A stretch of 64,000 nt of DNA from Macrostomum hystrix (lineage: Eukaryota; Animalia; Platyhelminthes), in NCBI GenBank assembly GCA_950097015.1, contig CATNEN010000038.1, positions 32,984,001 to 33,048,000 on the forward strand, read 5' to 3'. Under the pieces are notes generated by a model. That model was not told the origin of the DNA and did no database searches. It saw only the letters and a program-made list of their open reading frames with translations. Made by a program: the position numbers and the translations under genes. This document shows positions 59,162 to 64,000 of this stretch, piece after piece; positions within the stretch are counted from its first letter, which is position 1, and each line of letters opens with the position of its first letter.

Positions 59162-62100
59162 GCTGCGATTCTCTTTAGCTACGGCTCCTGCTGCGATTCT
59201 CTTTAGCTACGGCTCCTGCTGCGATTCTCTTTAGCTACGGCTCCTGCTGCGATTCTCTTTAGCTACGGCTCCTGCTGCGATTCTCTTTAGCTACGGCTCC
59301 TGCTGCGATTCTCTTTAGCTATGGCTCCTGCTGCGATTCTCTTTAGCTACGGCTCCTGCTGCGATTCTCTTTAGCTACTGCTCCTGCTGCGATTCTCTTT
59401 AGCTACGGCTCCTGCTGCGATTCTCTTTAGCTACGGCTCCTGCTGCGATTCTCTTTAGCTACGGCTCCTGCTGCGATTCTCTTTAGCTATGGCTCCTGCT
59501 GCGATTCTCTTTAGCTACGGCTCCTGCTGCGATTCTCTTTAGCTACGGCTCCTGCTGCGATTCTCTTTAGCTACTGCTCCTGCTGCGATTCTCTTTAGCT
59601 ACGGCTCCTGCTGCGATTCTCTTTAGCTACTGCTCCTGCTGCGATTCCCTTTAGCTACGGCTCCTGCTGCGATTCTCTTTAGCTACGGCTCCTGCTGCGA
59701 TTCTCTTTAGCTACTGCTCCTGCTGCGATTCCCTTTAGCTACTGCTCCTGCTGCGATTCTCTTTAGCTAAGGCTCCTGCTGCGATTCTCTTTAGCTATGG
59801 CTCCTGCTGCGATTCTCTTTAGCTACGGCTCCTGCTGCGATTCTCTTTAGCTACGGCTCCTGCTGCGATTCTCTTTAGCTACGGCTCCTGCTGCGATTCT
59901 CTTTAGCTACGGCTCCTGCTGCGATTCTCTTTAGCTACGGCTCCTGCTGCGATTCTCTTTAGCTACGGCTCCTGCTGCGATTCTCTTTAGCTACGGCTCC
60001 TGCTGCGATTCTCTTTAGCTACGGCTCCTGCTGCGATTCTCTTTAGCTACTGCTCCTGCTGCGATTCTCTTTAGCTACTGCTCCTGCTGCGATTCTCTTT
60101 AGCTACTGCTCCTGCTGCGATTCTCTTTAGCTACTGCTCCTGCTGCGATTCTCTTTAGCTACGGCTCCTGCTGCGATTCTCTTTAGCTACGGCTCCTGCT
60201 GCGATTCTCTTTAGCTATGGCTCCTGCTGCGATTCTCTTTAGCTACGGCTCCTGCTGCGATTCTCTTTAGCTACGGCTCCTGCTGCGATTCTCTTTAGCT
60301 ACGGCTCCTGCTGCGATTCTCTTTAGCTACGGCTCCTGCTGCGATTCTCTTTAGCTACGGCTCCTGCTGCGATTCTCTTTAGCTACTGCTCCTGCTGCGA
60401 TTCCCTTTAGCTACGGCTCCTGCTGCGATTCTCTTTAGCTACTGCTCCTGCTGCGATTCTCTTTAGCTACTGCTCCTGCTGCGATTCCCTTTAGCTACTG
60501 CTCCTGCTGCGATTCTCTTTAGCTAAGGCTCCTGCTGCGATTCTCTTTAGCTACTGCTCCTGCTGCGATTCCCTTTAGCTACGGCTCCTGCTGCGATTCT
60601 CTTTAGCTACTGCTCCTGCTGCGATTCTCTTTAGCTACGGCTCCTGCTGCGATTCTCTTTAGCTAAGGCTCCTGCTGCGATTCTCTTTAGCTAAGGCTCC
60701 TGCTGCGATTCTCTTTAGCTACTGCTCCTGCTTAATTATCTTTAGCTACTGCTCCTGGTTCGATTCTCTTTAGCTACTGCTCCTGCTTAATTATCTTTAG
60801 CTACTGCTCCTGCTGCGATTCCCTTAAGCTACTGCTCCTGCTTAATTATCTTTAGCTACTGCTCCTGCTGCGATTCTCTTTAGCCATGGCTCCTGCTTTG
60901 ATTCCAAAGCTACTGTTGGAGCTTCGATTCCAAAGCTACTGTTGGAGCTTCGATTCCAAAGCTACTGTTCTAGCTTCGATTCCAAAGCTACTGTTCTAGC
61001 TTCGATTCCAAAGCTACTGTTCTAGCTTCGATTCCAAAGCTACTGTTCTAGCTTCGATTCCAAAGCTACTGTTCTAGCTTCGATTCCAAAGCTACTGTTC
61101 TAGCTTCGATTCCAAAGCTACTGTTCTAGCTTCTATTCCAAAGCTACTGTTCTAGCTTCGATTCCAAAGCTACTGTTCTAGCTTCGATGCCAAAGCTACT
61201 GTTCTAGCTTCGATTCCAAAGCTACTGTTGGAGCTTCGATTCCAAAGCTACTGTTCTAGCTTCGATTCCAAAGCTACTGTTCTAGCTTCGATTCCAAAGC
61301 TACTGTTCTAGCTTCTATTCCAAAGCTACTGTTCTAGCTTCGATTCCAAAGCTACTGTTCTAGCTTCGATTCCAAAGCTACTGTTCTAGCTTCGATTCCA
61401 AAGCTACTGTTCTAGCTTCGATGCCAAAGCTACTGTTCTAGCTTCGATTCCAAAGCTACTGTTCTAGCTTCGATGCCAAAGCTACTGTTCTAGCTTCGAT
61501 TCCAAAGCTCCTGCTGCGATTCTCTTTAGCTACGGCTCCTGCTGCGATTCTCTTTAGCTACTGCTCCTGCTGCGATTCTCTTTAGCTACGGCTCCTGCTG
61601 CGATTCTCTTTAGCTACTGCTCCTGCTGCGATTCTCTTTAGCTACGGCTCCTGCTGCGATTCTCTTTAGCTACTGCTCCTGCTGCGATTCTCTTTAGCTA
61701 CTGCTCCTGCTGCGATTCTCTTTAGCTACGGCTCCTGCTGCGATTCTCTTTAGCTACGGCTCCTGCTGCGATTCTCTTTAGCTACGGCTCCTGCTGCGAT
61801 TCTCTTTAGCTACGGCTCCTGCTGCGATTCTCTTTAGCTACTGCTCCTGCTGCGATTCTCTTTAGCTACGGCTCCTGCTGCGATTCTCTTTAGCTACTGC
61901 TCCTGCTGCGATTCCCTTTAGCTACGGCTCCTGCTGCGATTCTCTTTAGCTACGGCTCCTGCTGCGATTCTCTTTAGCTACTGCTCCTGCTGCGATTCCC
62001 TTTAGCTACTGCTCCTGCTGCGATTCTCTTTAGCTAAGGCTCCTGCTGCGATTCTCTTTAGCTACTGCTCCTGCTGCGATTCCCTTTAGCTACGGCTCCT

Positions 62101-63260
62101 GCTGCGATTCTCTTTAGCTACTGCTCCTGCTTAATTATCTTTAGCTACTGCTCCTGGTTCGATTCTCTTTAGCTACTGCTCCTGCTTAATTATCTTTAGC
62201 TACTGCTCCTGCTGCGATTCCCTTAAGCTACTGCTCCTGCTTAATTATCTTTAGCTACTGCTCCTGCTGCGATTCTCTTTAGCTATGGCTCCTGCTTTGA
62301 TTCCAAAGCTACTGTTGGAGCTTCGATTCCAAAGCTACTGTTGGAGCTTCGATTCCAAAGCTACTGTTCTAGCTTCGATTCCAAAGCTACTGTTCTAGCT
62401 TCGATTCCAAAGCTACTGTTCTAGCTTCGATTCCAAAGCTACTGTTCTAGCTTCGATTCCAAAGCTACTGTTCTAGCTTCGATTCCAAAGCTACTGTTCT
62501 AGCTTCGATGCCAAAGCTACTGTTCTAGCTTCGATTCCAAAGCTACTGTTCTAGCTTCGATGCCAAAGCTACTTTTCTAGCTTCGATTCCAAAGCTACTG
62601 TTCTAGCTTCGATTCCAAAGCTACTGTTCTAGCTTCGATTCCAAAGCTACTGTTCTAGCTTCGATTCCAAAGCTACTGTTCTAGCTTCGATTCCAAAGCT
62701 ACTGTTCTAGCTTCGATTCCAAAGCTACTGTTCTAGCTTCGATTCCAAAGCTACTGTTCTAGCTTCGATTCCAAAGCTACTGTTCTAGCTTCGATGCCAA
62801 AGCTACTGTTCTAGCTTCGATTCCAAAGCTACTGTTCTAGCTTCGATTCCAAAGCTACTGTTCTAGCTTCGATTCCAAAGCTACTGTTCTAGCTTCGATT
62901 CCAAAGCTACTGTTCTAGCTTCGATTCCAAAGCTACTGTTCTAGCTTCGATTCCAAAGCTACTGTTCTAGCTTCGATGCCAAAGCTACTGTTCTAGCTTA
63001 GATTCCAAAGCTACTGTTCTAGCTTCGATGCCAAAGCTACTGTTGTAGCTTCGATTCCAAAGCTACTGTTCTAGATTCGATTCCAAAGCTACTGTTCTAG
63101 CTTCGATTCCAAAGCTACTGTTCTAGCTTCGATTCCAAAGCTACTGTTCTAGCTTAGATTCCAAAGCTACTGTTCTAGCTTCGATGCCAAAGCTACTGTT
63201 GTAGCTTCGATTCCAAAGCTACTGTTCTAGATTCGATTCCGAAGCTACTGTTCTAGCTTG
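59162..63260. repeat. Composite satellite: 28-nt (CTGCGATTCTCTTTAGCTACKGCTCCTG) and 26-nt (TTCGATTCCAAAGCTACTGTTCTAGC) blocks in A-B-A-B order
   Basis: A ~59162-60900, B ~60900-61508, A ~61508-62298, B ~62298-63260. Confidence 0.97.
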
Positions 63261-63909
63261 TCGAACAGTTGACCAACATTATGTTGAATCTAAAATACAG
63301 AATACAAAGGACCATAAAATGAAACAGAACCGCTTCAGATATAATAGCCGCTGCTTGTTTTCAAATGGCACTGTTTAGCCATAGGCAGTTTCAACCACTA
63401 TTATATATAGCGTGGAGCACACAATGGTCATTCACAAGTTTTCAGGCCATAGTCGTTTAGAGGTTTCAATACAGACTATTCTTTTGAGGATCTGCCACCG
63501 TTGGTTGCCAGTGTGAGTGCATGTTGTGCGCGCGCTACTCAAGTCTACCAAGCATCGATCTGGTGCAGTCCTTATCGTCACATTCGATACGAAAATTGAT
63601 TTTTTTGTCTTTCATTTTCTCATAGCATAGCTTGGTAGACTTGCTGGTTTCTACATAGCCGAGCATTCTCCCATACAGAGCGCGGATAATATTCTATCGT
63701 TCGAGGATTTTGTTGTTTCTAAATTTAACTCTAAATCCGTTTGAATAAGGAGATGGCTAACCAAGTTGGCGTCATGAACTATCAGGTGAGCTCTGCACTT
63801 GGGTCACTGTGATTATTGAGCAATTTGAGTACTTTGACATTCTATGCTCAAGTTTGCTCCGTTCTATTTCTATGCTGAAATTAGCACGGAAAGTAGCTTA
63901 TCAAAGTAG

Positions 63910-64000
63910 CTGACGATGAGGAAGTCAGGGTTGATGTACACACCTGCGTACGGTATCTGTGTGAGTGTACGCTCAGGAGTCAGTGAAATAGGCAGGACTG
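63910..64000 (+). mobile_element. SINE family B fragment running off the window edge
   Basis: CTGACGATGAGGAAGTCAGGG...CACACCTG...GAGTCAGTGAAA matches the family B body. Confidence 0.65.

Overview
Eukaryotic (animal) genomic DNA with spliceosomal GT-AG introns. The minisatellite-filled introns, Gln/Ala-rich proteins and tightly packed co-oriented genes resemble a free-living flatworm such as Macrostomum; this is an inference, not established from the sequence. Left to right: an intronless RASL10-like GTPase (-); a transposon patch (two tRNA-derived SINE families, a 5'-truncated non-LTR element with an 11-bp TSD, a decayed MULE with TIRs and TSD); six consecutive + strand genes spaced 0.8-3.4 kb apart (FAM8A1, RSU1, SEH1, CCDC174, KLHL12, CEP152-like); a convergent 11-exon ZNFX1 (-); and a 4-kb composite satellite. 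All exon junctions were checked by hand for frame. Main leads: (1) a candidate SL trans-spliced operon, in which RSU1 may receive its start codon from the leader; (2) most long introns and all spacers carry their own minisatellite, many sharing a GGGAT(T/C) core and several built from splice-signal-like words; (3) inverted SINEs bracket ZNFX1 exon 3; (4) a GTCACGTGAC (CLEAR/E-box) array lies upstream of SEH1.
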